A DNA stretch of 62,566 bases, counting the filler, from Basidiobolus ranarum (lineage: Eukaryota): assembly GCA_040143965.1 (NCBI GenBank). It is 6 parts of 6 records of this genome, joined end to end, with 100 filler letters (N's around TTAATTAATTAA, not from the genome) between each part and the next. Parts side by side here need not be neighbours in the genome. Positions count along the whole stretch, not along the records: positions 1 to 10,374 come from JASJQH010000711.1; positions 10,475 to 20,844 come from JASJQH010000712.1; 4 more parts are not named here. The stretch is one strand, 5' to 3'. Shown piece after piece: positions 1 through 13,838 of this stretch. Positions within the stretch are counted from its first letter, which is position 1. Every line of letters starts with the position of its first letter. The notes beneath the pieces are model-generated. The model did not search any database. It was not told the origin of the DNA and saw nothing but the letters and a program-made list of their open reading frames with translations. Both the position numbers and the translations under genes were made by a program.

Positions 1-936
1 AGCGCTCCCCTATATCCAATCATGTGCTTCATACAGCTCCCAGTGATAGCGAGCGATCTGGCGCACTCAGCTTGTATAACAAAGACATAATAAGAAACAA
101 ACATCAGCAGAAAACCCAAGCAAGGAGTCTGGTATTGAGTAGATATATTGGCTGCAGCAATATCACACTACCTGATCTCTACAGTCCATTTTTGTAAGTA
201 TTCATGGATGAAACAGATTGAAGAGGATTCTGCTTCTGGAATTAACCTAAACGCATTTTCACATGCTGTTCATCCTACCGTTTTATACAATCAATGGCTT
301 TCACATGCAATCACTCTTCGGACGCTTGTTGGGGTTACGTATTCCCTTCTTACACTCTTGGTAGTCGTATTCAGCTCTCCACCCTGCAGTGAAACGAATC
401 AATAAGCAGCTCATCCGGCATCTTCCAACCCATAAGACCAAATGCTCTAGTGTGGTTTGCATCCCCATATTGCCATCTGAAGGGCGTGCAAGTGACAATC
501 AGAAAATCACTCATACGAAAACATACAATGATTGGCTGTGGTTTGAACTATAAGCTAACAAGCGAGGATCATTGTTGCCCAATCAACTGGGCAGGTAGGA
601 AATAAACAAGTCCCCACGGTTTGTGGCACTTATAGCTATTATAGAGCGTTGTTGCATATTTCCTTGAAAAATCATGTGAAAATGTTAACTCCAAACTATT
701 CATTTCGAAAGGCGTGCTATCTATATGTGTCATCTAATATGGCTGGTTCATGCAAATTCGGTTATTTCTGAAAGTGGTTTTCATATGCTTCTATGATAAT
801 GATCGACCATTTAGCCCCTTTTCTTAGCTGGATTTTTACTATAATATGCTCCTTGCTGGCCATCCCAAAAATCAATATCGCTTCGAATAATAATTTCAAG
901 TTTGCGCTTTCTTGTACAAAATATCTTTCTAAAAAA

Positions 937-1671
937 ATGGGTAAACAGCGTTCTCTTAGACCTAACTCCCAAAGTTTCTCCCCTCCTACTATGGCAAAGA
1001 CCACCCCATCACCCCCTCATACCCCTTCTCCTAACAACGCCCATTCCATATCCCCATCAACAATTCCTACCCAGCCGGGGGCTGTTCCTGGGCGCTTTGA
1101 GCGTATTTTACCAAAGTACCATCACATACCTATGGTTCCTCAATATGCGGTCCCTATGGTACCTGCACACCCTGCTTTTCCTTATCCATACCCTTTCCCA
1201 ACTCCAATGACTGGAGTCTATGCCAGGGTTTCGGATGAGCGTCAAGAAAAAGAAACTCTTCGCAAAGTATCTCACTCAGCTATTGAACGTCGTCGCCGTG
1301 AGCGTATAAATGACAAGATCTTCCAGCTTAAAACCTTAGTTCCAAGCTGTGCCAACCAAGTCAATCTTCACAAGTTATCCATTCTAGAGTCGGCCATTGA
1401 GTATATTCATGAGCTTCTGGGCCGTCTTTCCCAGACTGATGAGCCCTCAATGGAGAATACTATTAAGAAAGAATCACCTATCTTTAGTGCACAAGATGAG
1501 ACGAAAGACAACTCAATTATCTCCTCACCAATTTTCGAAGATGCCAACAACCTCCTAATGTTGACTGGTGGTTCCTCAGAATCGAATACTGAGAAGTACA
1601 GTTATTCCGAAACAACTAAGGTGAATCCATCTCGTGCTCCTGGCATGAGTGTTTACGATCTTCTGTGTTAA
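937..1671 (+). CDS. bHLH transcription factor
   Basis: Intronless ORF (MGKQRS... from ATG 937) with basic-HLH RKVSHSAIERRRRERINDKIFQLKTLVP...KLSILESAIEYIHEL and a Pro-rich N-terminus. Confidence 0.9.
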   Translation: MGKQRSLRPNSQSFSPPTMAKTTPSPPHTPSPNNAHSISPSTIPTQPGAVPGRFERILPKYHHIPMVPQYAVPMVPAHPAFPYPYPFPTPMTGVYARVSDERQEKETLRKVSHSAIERRRRERINDKIFQLKTLVPSCANQVNLHKLSILESAIEYIHELLGRLSQTDEPSMENTIKKESPIFSAQDETKDNSIISSPIFEDANNLLMLTGGSSESNTEKYSYSETTKVNPSRAPGMSVYDLLC

Positions 1672-4286
1672 GCTATATGGCTATATTGGCAGGCATTCAA
1701 ATAATACCTTGTACCGTGTGATACCCTCATATCCCTATATATGCCCTGAGCATTCCTTATTCATTCCAACTTTTGAGCACTTTTATGTTAGCTCATAGAC
1801 ATTATTTGCGGGTCAAACTGGACTATAATCCCCCTTTCGTCCAGCCTTCACTTCATTTGATAACTCGATCAATCTGATCTGTCGACCCACTTCTAGTACA
1901 AGTACATAGCGGTTCCATCGAATGAGAGCTCGGTGTAGTTCTTACATTATTTTAATATTTTCCTTTCCAGCTTATCACTTTCAAAATCATTATTCTTACC
2001 ATGTATATAGGCGGTGGCGATTACATATTCTAAATGCGTCCACAAATCATCTATTTTTGCACATTTTGAAATGAAATAAATTTCCCAGCACGAGACAACA
2101 CGTGCATCCTCTGAAACCAGTAAGCCTAGTACAATGTGATCTTTCGATCCTTAGTGTCGATTGAATATTCCCATAGAACCAACAACATACAAGGCGCAAA
2201 GATAATTACAGACAAGATAACCATAAGTTACATCCAATGCTGAGCATGCTGCTAAATCGCTATCAAACCTGAAACCTACCCCTTAACTCCGCTATGTCCC
2301 GTGGTTTTGGACTGGTTTGTAGTTACCTAGGATAGGGTCTGAGACCTAGATATAGTGCTACATTTATCTATCGAAAAAGGTGTAGGCGGCTAACCTAAAA
2401 TCCAGCTATAACCGGGCATTATTTATGAAATTTTAATTACGGAGTCACCTGAATTCCCCATATCAACTGATTGTAACATTAGTGATGTTCAAGGGAATCC
2501 GTTCGCAGACTCATTTATCATCCAAGTCTCTTCAAATCTACGAAAATGGTATGAGGACCTTGGAGAGTGCTTCGAATGGAAAGACTGTAGATGGCATATT
2601 TCGAGGCTATAGAACGTCAATTCTCAAAAGACCCCTTCCATATTGGATGAATTAGTAAGTGAACTCCATAAATGGATACTTACCTAGGGATCGTTGATTG
2701 GTTATTGTTCGGGATAAGTAAGTGGTTGGTGATACATAATCAACAAATTCCATAATTCTTGTCAAACACCGAGCCCTGTCGGATGTCATCCATAAAATCA
2801 GGAATGTAATTGATTCTAATGAACACTTTTGCCAACCCAAAGAGTGATTCCATGGAGTGGGTAACCGTGAACTATACATTCATATTATTATGTTCTGCAG
2901 TGTATGACCAAAATTCCATTTACCAATTAAGAGCTGTCCATGATACTGCTTACTTTATCAAAATACCGAAGCGTGGAAATCATGCGAGAGGAGGGCGATG
3001 CCAGCTGCTCAAGATACACATCACGACCTGGATTATTTTTGTTTAACTTTCAGAACCAATTTGGGGAATTACTATATGAGCGTTTCCTAAACCGAATTAG
3101 AGTGAGAAAGTTTGATATGATCATGCGGTGATCCCGTAGTTTCAGAGTTCACTGTATGGCGGATTTAAGTAGGTTGGTTGCAAGAAATACGAGTGGACGA
3201 GACAATACAGTTCTGCTATCAAGTTTCCAGAATCTATCGTTCTCCACTTGGCTTCTTTTGTACAATTGTATCTTTTTTATAATTATAACTAGCCCTAGGC
3301 ATCAACAAGATAACCTAGAAACGTAGATTTTAGAAAAATTCTTTACATCATCGTTCTTCGGCTGAATGGCGGGCCGAGGATCCTCATCCGAGGTAGAGTC
3401 TGACGGAAGTGATGAGGTACGGGATACCCTGCCTACTGTAATTTGGTATCACCACTTTTTGACACTATTAGCTCTGGCGTTTGATATTCCAGGCATTTTA
3501 CGATCTCTAGCCATATAGGATTCTTAATTAGATAAAATTGCATCAAAGGCCTGGATTTGTTGAAGTGCATATCAATCATAACCCCAACTGCTTACTCAGT
3601 TTATTTGAGAGTAACTGGATCTTCCGCAAGATTGCTTCTTAGTAATTCAGGTAAGACGAGATATGATCAACTGACGGATACAATTCTCTCCTTAAATCAG
3701 TCTCCCTAATATATCATTTACTCATAGAATGATTAATGGGTTATTACTGATTTATTATTTTTTTACAAGCTTGCATATTTGCCCACCATTGGAGCAATGC
3801 ACACACTTGAGACAAAGAAGATCTTCCCGATTGACACTCACAGTGTGTAACTAAGATGAGGTATAGGAGGGAAAAGTATGTATATTCAAAGTATTTTACC
3901 TGCCCTAACTACAATATTGTCACATATTTCTATCCAATTTTCCCAGTGTTTCATAGAATCGGTATTCCTAGGAATATTCTTAACACATTCTTTTAACCAT
4001 TATAAATATCTTTCCCTGAAGTGATCGCTTGCTCTTTAAAAAAAGACACAATCTCTCCAATTACTTTTGTATCACCATCATGAAAAACTTAGTGCTAAAA
4101 TTTAACCATACATTTCGGATAGGCCTTGAAGATTTTATGAAATGATTGAGCTATTGAAACTCTCCCTCTATACTTCTAAGTAGTTATCTCCACTTCCTGA
4201 ACACCCTCTATTGATGTTACCACTACTTGCCATAATGAAATATATGAACGCTTGACATTTTTAGTTACTTCACTTGATATAGTTGC

Positions 4287-4591
4287 TGTTGAAAATGACA
4301 TAGCTTAAGCATCTATATAGTCATATAGTTAGCTACCTAAATTTCACTATGCTATATCTTCATTTACTTCGAATATTGAGACCAACTTGGGAGTTTGAAC
4401 ATTATATGATTTTCTCTTGTCCAAGACACCCCAAACGTTGTACGCATATTCCTACCTTTTTGAACATATTCTACATGTTGGTCTGTCTACTTCTTGACAA
4501 AAGTATAAATGTCAACATACACTCGATAGATCATTAAGTGAAAACCTCCAATTCTTCTAGTTCTCAAAATCACCTCCAAAATACTTCAACA
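4287..4591. mobile_element. Solo LTR, degenerate copy of the window's LTR family
   Basis: Begins TGTTGAAA, ends TTCAACA, perfect 5-bp direct repeat GTTGC on both sides (4282-4286, 4592-4596); similar to copies at 5164, 10319, 20615, 40426 and 62429. Confidence 0.8.
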
Positions 4592-5163
4592 GTTGCGATT
4601 AAGAAAGCTGACTTTCTGTATATTCATTCTTGAGTAGACAAATGCCCATTATTAGCATTGGATTACCACTACCTTGTATATGGAAAGATCCGCAAATTTA
4701 TAAATACTGAGGATATAGGATACTTGTCGAAGTTTATTATCTCTATCCTATTCTTTATTCTTTTACACCAAACTATTTCATATATCATATCAGAATTAGC
4801 TACCATTATTTGGCAAAAGGTCACTTAGCTCAAAAATAAAACATATATGCTTTTTTTTCTCTCTTTAGACCTTCCCTACTCTGTTGTCTGTGTGTCTGTC
4901 TCAGTTGTTGTCAACTATAAGTAAGGAATAAAATGTAAATTTCATCCTGGTATACTTCTCACTAGGATTTTGTGTGAGAGATGGCCTATACATGTAACAA
5001 ATATTTTCAATATTTAATATTCGAAACATCATTTATTTTTTACCCTCCATTTAATTTTATTTCGATTTTGAAATATACTTACACACATATGTGTGAAATG
5101 ATATATGGTGTGTTTATCAATTATATCTAACTATCCAATATTCTGAGCTTAGATACATGAGAT

Positions 5164-5484
5164 TGTTAAAATATTTTGGGAGCCTGTTGGAAGTGGTTTG
5201 GAGAACTAGAGAAATTCGTCGTTTTCACTTATTGATTTATTGAGCATTCAGTTGACATTTATAGTTTTGTCAAGATGTAAATAAACAAACGTGTAGAATG
5301 TGTTAAGGAAGGTCCCAGGAACATGTGTGCAAAGTTTGGGGCTTCTTTGAAAAATCTATATATTTGAGAACTTCTAAGTAAACTCCTCTTGAGAATAGTT
5401 CGCGATATCTTAGTTCAATTTAGGATAACTAGATACTAAGCTATATATGACTATATAGGTGTTTAGACAATGCTAATTTCAACA
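5164..5484. mobile_element. LTR copy, opposite orientation to 4287-4591
   Basis: TGTTAAAA...TTTCAACA, 321 bp; reverse complement aligns with the 20615 and 40426 copies; flanks GAGAT/GGGAT. Confidence 0.8.
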
Positions 5485-6564
5485 GGGATTAGGCAGAATT
5501 GGGTCTAAGGATGTATACCGTCTCACATTTGTATATGCGTTTATATGTATTCACAGATACTAAACCTGGTCCGTATATCAGATAGTCCCTATGATATATG
5601 CTGTACAATTCTCTTAACTCCTGGGGCATCTTGCTCGCTGTACTTTCTTCGGTTACGACTTTATCTTTTGCTGTATTTGCTCGATAATTCACATATATTA
5701 GATATATTCTGGTAATGAAGTGATATTTGAGTAAATACTGACAAGTTGAACTTGAAATTTCAAAGTTATCTAAATGAATCCTAGGATGGCTCCTTTTACT
5801 CTCACAATGTAAACACGACTCCATTGTTGGATTTCCGTATCCCCTCCAAAAGCATAGATATTTTATTTCTAGTTAATTTCTACACATCTCTTAAACTCGC
5901 AATGGCTCCATTTCTTAAAACTCCCACAAACCTCAAATTCTCGCAATGGTACTAGGTACGTGGGTGATAGAGATTAGCAACTTTATTATTCAATATTTGA
6001 TTTATGAAGTTATGAATTACTGTGGAATATAAATATTCAATACAATCCAAATCCACTTTATTATCTTAGATGCTGCTGACTACAGACATGGAGGATTATA
6101 AAGCTGTACATGTTAGGTTCACAAGACATATGGCATCCCAACTTCAGATTATAAGAGCAATTCACCAATTTTACCAAGATGAAATGCTTGTACAGTACAG
6201 ATAGGTATCTGTACTTCTATATCAATTTACTTTAAATGAACTCAATACTTGACATGGTATTAAATAATTGAGAATTAATAATCCTTTTAAATGTTAAATC
6301 AATGAGTTTTCATTAATAATTAAGAAATGAAACGTAAAGAACATCAAAAAGATGGATGAAGTGAAATTAAAGGTAAACGGACGATTGCAAATTGATTTTG
6401 CCCTCTCAAACAAGTACAATAACTTCCAGTGGTGCTGTATGAAATTATCTATACTAGAAATAGTCTAAGTCTAGAAACAATTAGTGTAGAGGAACGTTAC
6501 ATAATCAAGTTTTATAAATTGATTTTATGCTGATCTCTCGTTCCAAATTCACACTTATTCCCAA

Positions 6565-8467
6565 TTAAGAGCTCTCCTGTTGAGCTTGACGGTATTGGTA
6601 CAATATAGCGAGAATAAAGATAACTACTGCATATTTAAGGTAAAGTTCAGTGTCATTAGGTTTCTTAGTAGCTGCCTTCAGTTTAGGGTTAGTTTCACAG
6701 TATTGTAAAACCTGAAAGGAGGTGTAGGAATTAGCAAGTAAAAGGATAGACAAAGTCAAGTTTTAGAGAGATTACCTTGCCATAGGTTTGGCTGATTTTA
6801 ATGTAGTTAGGATCGTTAGGATTATTCTTGAGAATGAACTTGTACATAAATTCCAAGAAAATGCTGCGGATGTTTTCAACACTATTGGCTTCATAAATAA
6901 GCTGGAAACAATGGATTGTTATCGATAAATTCTCCGCCCATGCAGATATTGCGAACTACAAATCCACTTACTCTCACTGCTAGTCCCTTTCTAATTTTGA
7001 CATTCTTACGGAATACATCGTAGTTGTTGAAAACCTCAGCAATAGTGGCAACGGCCATCACCTAAAAAATAACGGTAAGTTTCTGTTATCCAAAATATGG
7101 CACAATGGCATATACCTGAGGAATAGCACAGAAATTGAAAATCGTCTGATTGCGTATTCTGGACATGTAATCCAAAGCATCAGTCACATGGGTGAGAGCA
7201 TCCAAACACATATGGTTTAAACATGCAAGGGCCTAAAGAACTTGGTTAAAGATAGCCATCCAAATACCAAAATAAACGAATTACTTACCTTATCCTTGTT
7301 TTCGGGCTTAATAAGATCACTAAGATCTTTAACATAATGGCCATATATATCTCGGGGCCAGAAAGTTCTACCATCCAATAAATCTTCATAAAAGTCACGA
7401 ATGATATTGGTCTTTTGAAGGAAAAGTCCCATAGAATTGGATCTGTGATTATAATCACATAGATAACAATTGATCACTTGTTAGATAATACGCTTGAATG
7501 GGGAATCCAATTACTATTTACTTACAATTCATCCATTTCTGCGAAGCTAGAATCTATATCAAAGTGGTTTACCAGTTAAAATCAATTACAAGAAGTGCTG
7601 ATGCAACCATCCTTACCTTCCAACCCAGATGCAGCGAAGAGTTTACTCAACCCTACACCTACTAAGCCAGCAACGTAGTGACAATAAAGATTGTAGTCAT
7701 CTGTCGAAGAAACACGTTTGTCACAAAAATCAGCCATTCCTGCCCCCATTCTTCGAGTTATATCGGCAATGACTACTTGATATCTGCAAAATGAAAATTT
7801 GGAGACGATAAGTCAGTTATATCAACTTCAATGAAAGTAAAATTCTCTAGCCATATCATAGAGAAATAATTGAAGACTTACTCTTCTTTTAAAGTTAGGA
7901 ACTCCTCAATAACAACATCAAACTGAACGAGAAGAAGTCGATCTTTTTCATCCTCGCCATCTGAGTGCAACATAAAAGGTTATTTTTCAGCCAAGTCAGC
8001 TGTTTAAAGGAAATGATACGTACTTTCGGTGAAGTTCCACCCACGCAAATAGATCTTTTCATGGAAAGCACGCAACAAAGGAAGCTTCTTGGCGTTGGGG
8101 ATGGACATGTCATCCTCTGCAAAACATTAGCATATGGTCTATACATTGGCAAATCAACAAAAATAACGATATTTACCAACAGTATCAAGACCACGCAGAA
8201 CCAAGTAGAATATGCAAACCTACAAAAGTGAATTGAATTAACCTGGGATTTTTTACCATACGATGGAGTAAAACTTACAGCATCACGGAGTTCATCATCC
8301 AACTCCTTAATAACACTTGCGAAAGATCTAGAAGTTTGCTCTAGGAAGTCATAACAAGAGAATAAAGTAGGTCGGGGGAATTGCTGGGTCTTTTGTTTTG
8401 ATTTAGTGAAGAATTTGAGGATAGAAACCAACTCAGAAGGGTGGAAGACAGATTCAAGTAAACCCAT
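6565..8467 (-). CDS. ERG9: Squalene synthase (multi-exon)
   Basis: Spliced exons give [76 protein letters not shown], and a C-terminal TM anchor; GT-AG introns. Confidence 0.95.
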
Positions 8468-10256
8468 ATTAGCAGGCAGTTGTAGAGAGATAGCACGGTT
8501 TCGGGGAGAAAAAGAGTGGAAAAGAAATTGTAATTAATATGATAAAAAACAACGTTACTCAGGTGGCACTCCGTCCTTTTTAATATATAATCAATGATTC
8601 GATAGCTAAAGTTGATTAAGAAACAGAAGGTCTATGAATAGCAATCAGAATTTAAGGGAGAAGAGATCACTATAGACCATTAACACAATATGAATTTGTG
8701 GAGATGAAACAAGACTAAAAATGTTGCTAGAATAACCCGCGCCATATAAATGTTTACAACTTCCTCTGCGTTGCTATGATTCATTTAGTTTTACAAATGC
8801 ATAGTGCGCACTAGAGATAACCACAGACATAACTTAGGCAACAAACCCATTTAAATGATTGTATGTCTATTTGTTGGACTCTATTTATCCAAAAACGTGA
8901 GTTGGAGCCCACCGCACCATGAACCATGGATTTACGCACATGGAATCAGAGGAACTTGGACGGATATGTAATTACGAATTATCTTCATGGCTAATCTCGG
9001 CAGTGTGGTACACAGCAGAATCATGTACTCGCTCTAGATGGGATCAATTGCCAATCAGCTTGCTCTTCATCACTAATTGCCTGGACGCACCTGTAATATG
9101 TCCAAATGCTCACTGCTGTACCAATGAGATTCTCGAGAAAAAAAACTTGTCTGACATTCAGGTCAAAATGAACATCCGCGAGCCAATACGAATACGAGAA
9201 TCTGACTAACAGATCAAGTAGAGTTCAAAGCGGGGTTGATCTGTTCTTATCAAGTGCAATTTCAACAATTTGGGATAGGGAGAGTAGGTAGGAGATATTC
9301 TTTGCCATGCAAAGTGATATCCTGTAACGCTGTTTTAGCTGCCTCATCTTGAATGGTTAGTGACATGGTCTGTAGGTTTTAGAAGTATTGACTCCGCCAA
9401 ATCATAACGAAGAATTTCAGGTTTTAGTGAAGCATTCAATCCATAATACTCTTTGGAATATTCCGTAACCAAGACTTGGTTCCAACTCAACGCAGTATTT
9501 GGTCGGAGGTCATATCTAATGAGGCTGCATATTCCTGGGTCAGGATTGACGCAGTTTAATGAAACTAAACCAATATAGCCGTCTACTTGATCAGATTGGA
9601 TAAACCGAAGTGGCATTTTTGTGTAGATTTCAAATATATCAAGATCATATTTCTAGATAAGTCAATTCTCAGGAACGCTCATAATGCAAGCACATAGGAT
9701 ATATGGAAGTCTATTTAGCATGATTTCCATTCCTCAATACCTTGTATTCAATATTTCGTCCATAAAGCCACATTACTTCTCTGTGTTGTCTGGAGTTGCA
9801 AACTTGATTCTGTGACATTGCTTTAAATGGATACTCAAGTATTGACTTTATATAATGGCCATCGTTTGGAGTATATCAGTCTATTCTCAGTATACTTCTT
9901 ACAAAGGCTTTACAATGTAACAATAGGACTATGGATGAGGTGCCAAATATTAGTTACCAAAATCAAACAGAAACACACATAGTGAAGCCTAGTTCAAGTG
10001 TCTATTGGAAAACCGCAACAGTAAATGAATTCCCTCTTTTTATGCAATAAAGAGCTTTGCTCTAAATACAAAAAAGCATCAAGTCAGAGTTTTAGATATC
10101 AATGTACAATAAGATGTCCTATCGATTTGAAAAGCAAGAGCAGCATCATTGTCAATGAAAGTACAGAATTTTTGTACTTGCGTTTCCTTGACTCTAATGC
10201 TCTTATTTATTGATATCTCAGAATTTTGGACTTGGGATGAAGAATACTCTTGATGA

Positions 10257-10374
10257 TGTTGAAATTAGCATTATCTAAACACCTATATACATCCTCAGAC
10301 CCAATTCTGCCTAGTCCATGTTGAAATTAGCATTGTCTAAACATCTATATAGTCATATATAGCTTAGTATCTAG
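10257..10374. mobile_element. LTR terminus present twice in tandem, truncated by contig end
   Basis: TGTTGAAATTAGCATT at 10257 and again at 10319; the second copy continues as the LTR to the contig end. Confidence 0.75.
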
Positions 10375-10474
10375 NNNNNNNNNNNNNNNNNNNNNNNNNN
10401 NNNNNNNNNNNNNNNNNNTTAATTAATTAANNNNNNNNNNNNNNNNNNNNNNNNNNNNNNNNNNNNNNNNNNNN
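10375..10474. other. Artificial contig-joining spacer
   Basis: 100 bp, N44-TTAATTAATTAA-N44 (stop codons in all six frames). Confidence 0.98.
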
Positions 10475-10835
10475 CAAAGGTCTACTATATTACACTAATC
10501 TGTGACATTTTCATTAGTATATAGTAGGCCTTAGGTCGATATTTAGTCAATTTCAATTTGGCTTTTGACGAGTTTACCACTCGATGATTTTGGTACCATT
10601 TCCCACAGGAGAATTAAGGGTTCTCATACATAATAGCATTTAATATATCTGGTCAACGGTGTTTCTATTTCTCTTTTTGATACTGAATTTAACAGCATTG
10701 GGATACGTTATTCACTTCTTAGAGAATTAAAAATGTATTGAAGATGTAATATCATTTATGTGAAAATGCGGGGATCTTTATCGGATGACAGTAAAGATAT
10801 GGTAATCGACTGGAGAAATAAGATGAATGTTTACT

Positions 10836-11582
10836 CTATTCGTGCATACGACGGTTAGCATCACCAATGCGATTCACTGGCTGAGGCTTGATTCTACTCT
10901 TGCGCTCTTGTGCAGTTTTGGTCACTCTGAAGTCATCATTCATGATATTACGTCCACGGACTACCTGAAGTTTCTCATGGGAAACAAATGATGGCCATTC
11001 TAATTGATCTTTCTCTACAATCTCTTTCAATGCAGGTCTTTCCCAGAATAGAGTGAGTTTAGGTACTTCAGCATTATGTATACGTCTAGGTAGCTGATTC
11101 AGACCTTTGCATAAAGCTACAACTCGAGAGTCCACTTGATCCATCTCCTCTACTTTGCGAACAGTTTTTTTTTTCTTAAGCCACTCAGCATTTTTCTCAA
11201 TAGGGCTAATATTATCGTGAACTAGAGTGTTTAACAAGTTGAGATGAGTGAAAGAGTCGAAGCCAGTTATAGCAATCATAGGAGTCCAGTGATCTTTGCG
11301 GTAATGTGCTGGTCTTTGAGTCTCTTTGAGTTGGTTTAAAACAGCAGGCTATCGAAAAAAAAGGTTAGTTTTTTACTCGAGTAACTAGGAACTCTGCTTT
11401 ATTCAAATATTTCACTTGGTTGACCGTTTCAGACCCTATTCAAAGTGTGAAGCTCGGTGGTTCCGAAACGACTTTACGAGAAACCAATACAGTACCTTCA
11501 CATTTTGCTTTAATGACATCAGAACTTGAGAAGTCATGATGTTACGGAATATAAAAAGGGCATTTCTTTGAATGGGTGCCAT
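10836..11582 (-). CDS. MHR1: Mhr1/mL67-family mitochondrial protein
   Basis: Exon 1 MAPIQRNALFIFRNIMTSQVLMSLKQNVK, one intron, then PAVLNQLKETQRPAHYRKDHWTPMIA..., matching the Mhr1 FRN...QV / RKDxWxPM pattern. Confidence 0.7.
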
Positions 11583-12725
11583 GATTTAAATGAAAGTAAT
11601 CAAGCTTTACTGGTACACCTCACCAAACGTGTCCAATATCAAAAGTTTTAAACTTGAATGCCAGGCAAAGTTTTAGTGATCAAATTGATACAGTAGAAAT
11701 AGACCACTTACCAATAGAAAATACCGAAGTCATAACTGACAATTTGGGGGAGGATGTTTATTGATTTACAACATAAGGCGCAAGTTCCGGCATAATTCTT
11801 GATTTGCTTTGGGTTAAGATGGCAAAATTGCTTAAAACTTGCGAAGTATCCTTAACGAACAATTTGGCCGAAAAAAAACTCAACACCCTGACTGGGACTC
11901 ACAATGACTCTGAATCCCCCATGATTGTTACCTATAGCAATGGTCTACCTCCTGATGGTACGAACACCCTTTCTTGCTGCGAATTACTCACAGCTGCAAA
12001 ACCCTATTGATGGAATTCCAGATGATGTACAAACAGATGTACCCAACGGCAGAATCAATTTGCTTAATATAAATGTCGACATCCATGTATATACCATCAA
12101 GTAAGACAGCATTCTCGCATTTAGCCAGTTTGGATATTCGTTCAGTTGCATTTCGGATGTTAGGCCATATAAGAAACGGTATCAAATCAAGCAGGGATAG
12201 CTAAACTGATTATCGGCCTCATGCTGATCGGCTAAAGGGATAGATCGTCACGGTTGAAGGCTTCGGCTTAGTCAAGGAAAATATCCAACGTTTTACAAAC
12301 GTATGCGAGGATAGTCTTGTATCAAAGGCTACTACTAGTGTGGGTAAAAAGTATGCTCAAAGACCGAAGCCTAGTGGCCCTGATCTAGAACCAAAGTGAG
12401 ATAACAGCCAGTGAAAATGTAGCAGTTGGCTCCAAGCAAAAGACATGCCAAATTTGAAGAGAATTGAAACCTGACGTCCGGGTATCCAGTGGTGACATGA
12501 TGCAAGCACCGTCCATAGATGACCGTTAAGGGTAGTCAAATGACCTAAGGCTAGGCTTCCGCTCTGCTAAGACCAGTGGACATCTGAAACAGCCTTTTGT
12601 ACTTTGTATGTCACAAAGATACCGTTTGTTCGCAGGGTCAACAGAGAAAAAAACCAATGTATTCAGCTGACACTCCAATATATAAAGACCTCTCATTGTT
12701 GGAAATATCTCAGCTTATAACAATC

Positions 12726-13028
12726 ATGAGAAGCCTTACTCGTATCCCCCTTCGACCCCAAAGGTTAGCTTTTGCGCCTCGACTTTTCTCCACTACCGCC
12801 TTGCGTAGCTTTGATATTCCTAGCATGCCACCCATGGAAGCCTCCAATGCTGTCAAAATTAGGCCAATCAGGAAGATCATCGCGCCTGAAGCAACCTCTG
12901 AAGTAGTCAACACTCAGAATTTCACTACCATGGATAGAGCATTTATCGCTTTACTTGGTAAGCATGACCTTAATCCAGAGTTAGCTACCAGCAATTTCAA
13001 GATCTGGAATACCATTCCCAAGAAATGA
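12726..13028 (+). CDS. Small (100 aa) protein with mitochondrial presequence, unknown function
   Basis: TATAAA upstream at about 12681; N-terminus MRSLTRIPLRPQRLAFAPRLFSTTALRS is Arg/Ser-rich, acid-free, with an RxFS motif. Confidence 0.6.
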   Translation: MRSLTRIPLRPQRLAFAPRLFSTTALRSFDIPSMPPMEASNAVKIRPIRKIIAPEATSEVVNTQNFTTMDRAFIALLGKHDLNPELATSNFKIWNTIPKK

Positions 13029-13838
13029 TTGGCTCAGAATGGAGTCTGAGAAATATCACGACCAGTCTTATGTATATCAATGAAGTGTAAATGCTTTTAT
13101 GTAAAGGTTAATATGAATAAATTTATTGTTTTATGAGAATCCAAGGGTCCATGATGATGATTAGATTCGATTAGTGGAAGCATAGGGTTAGGATTTGACC
13201 ATCATTTGCAATGAGCTTCAATGCCCATAATTATATGAATTTGAACTGTAACAGTTAACTAGGTTTGCCATAAATATTATTGGCGGAGCCGATGCCATCG
13301 AATTCAAATAAGATACTTTCCTGCCAATCTGGCGTAATAACAATACCTAACCCTGTACTCAGGTGAAGGCAGCTGATGACCTTTAGAACTATATAGTTGG
13401 CCAGTTGATATTTGGCTGTTAATAAAGAAATGACATCAGTGGCATGATGAATGTAGACTATAACTGATGCATCTCTGCCATTTGTCCTGAAATATCAGTC
13501 AATAGATCTGATTACTCACTATCAGCATCGAGAGAGTTGTCATGCACCTGGGAGATTTTGGAGGATTATGCTACTGAAATCAGTACATTCTTAGTTTGGG
13601 TTCATAAAAGAATCCTTGTCCAGAACCTGGCAATCACAAATTTAAACTATCCTTGATTGAGAGGAAGTACTCTTCCACTCATCTCATTGGCTTGGCGTGG
13701 CTGATTGTTAAGGGATAGATTGATGGGATCATTGTTTGTTTTGGACCTCACCACCTCATTCTTGTAGCTGTGTCTCTCAATTTTTTGGATATCATTTGCC
13801 ATCTCTTGCCCTCTCTACCTTTAATATTATTTACTATT

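Noticed and set aside
937-1671. bHLH near ERG9 as an SREBP sterol regulator
   Set aside because: The basic region is ERRRR, lacking the diagnostic SREBP Tyr (ExRYR), and there are no TM segments
11800-12600. Coding-like stretch between MHR1 and the 12726 gene
   Set aside because: Only short interrupted frames; no consistent spliced model or family could be built
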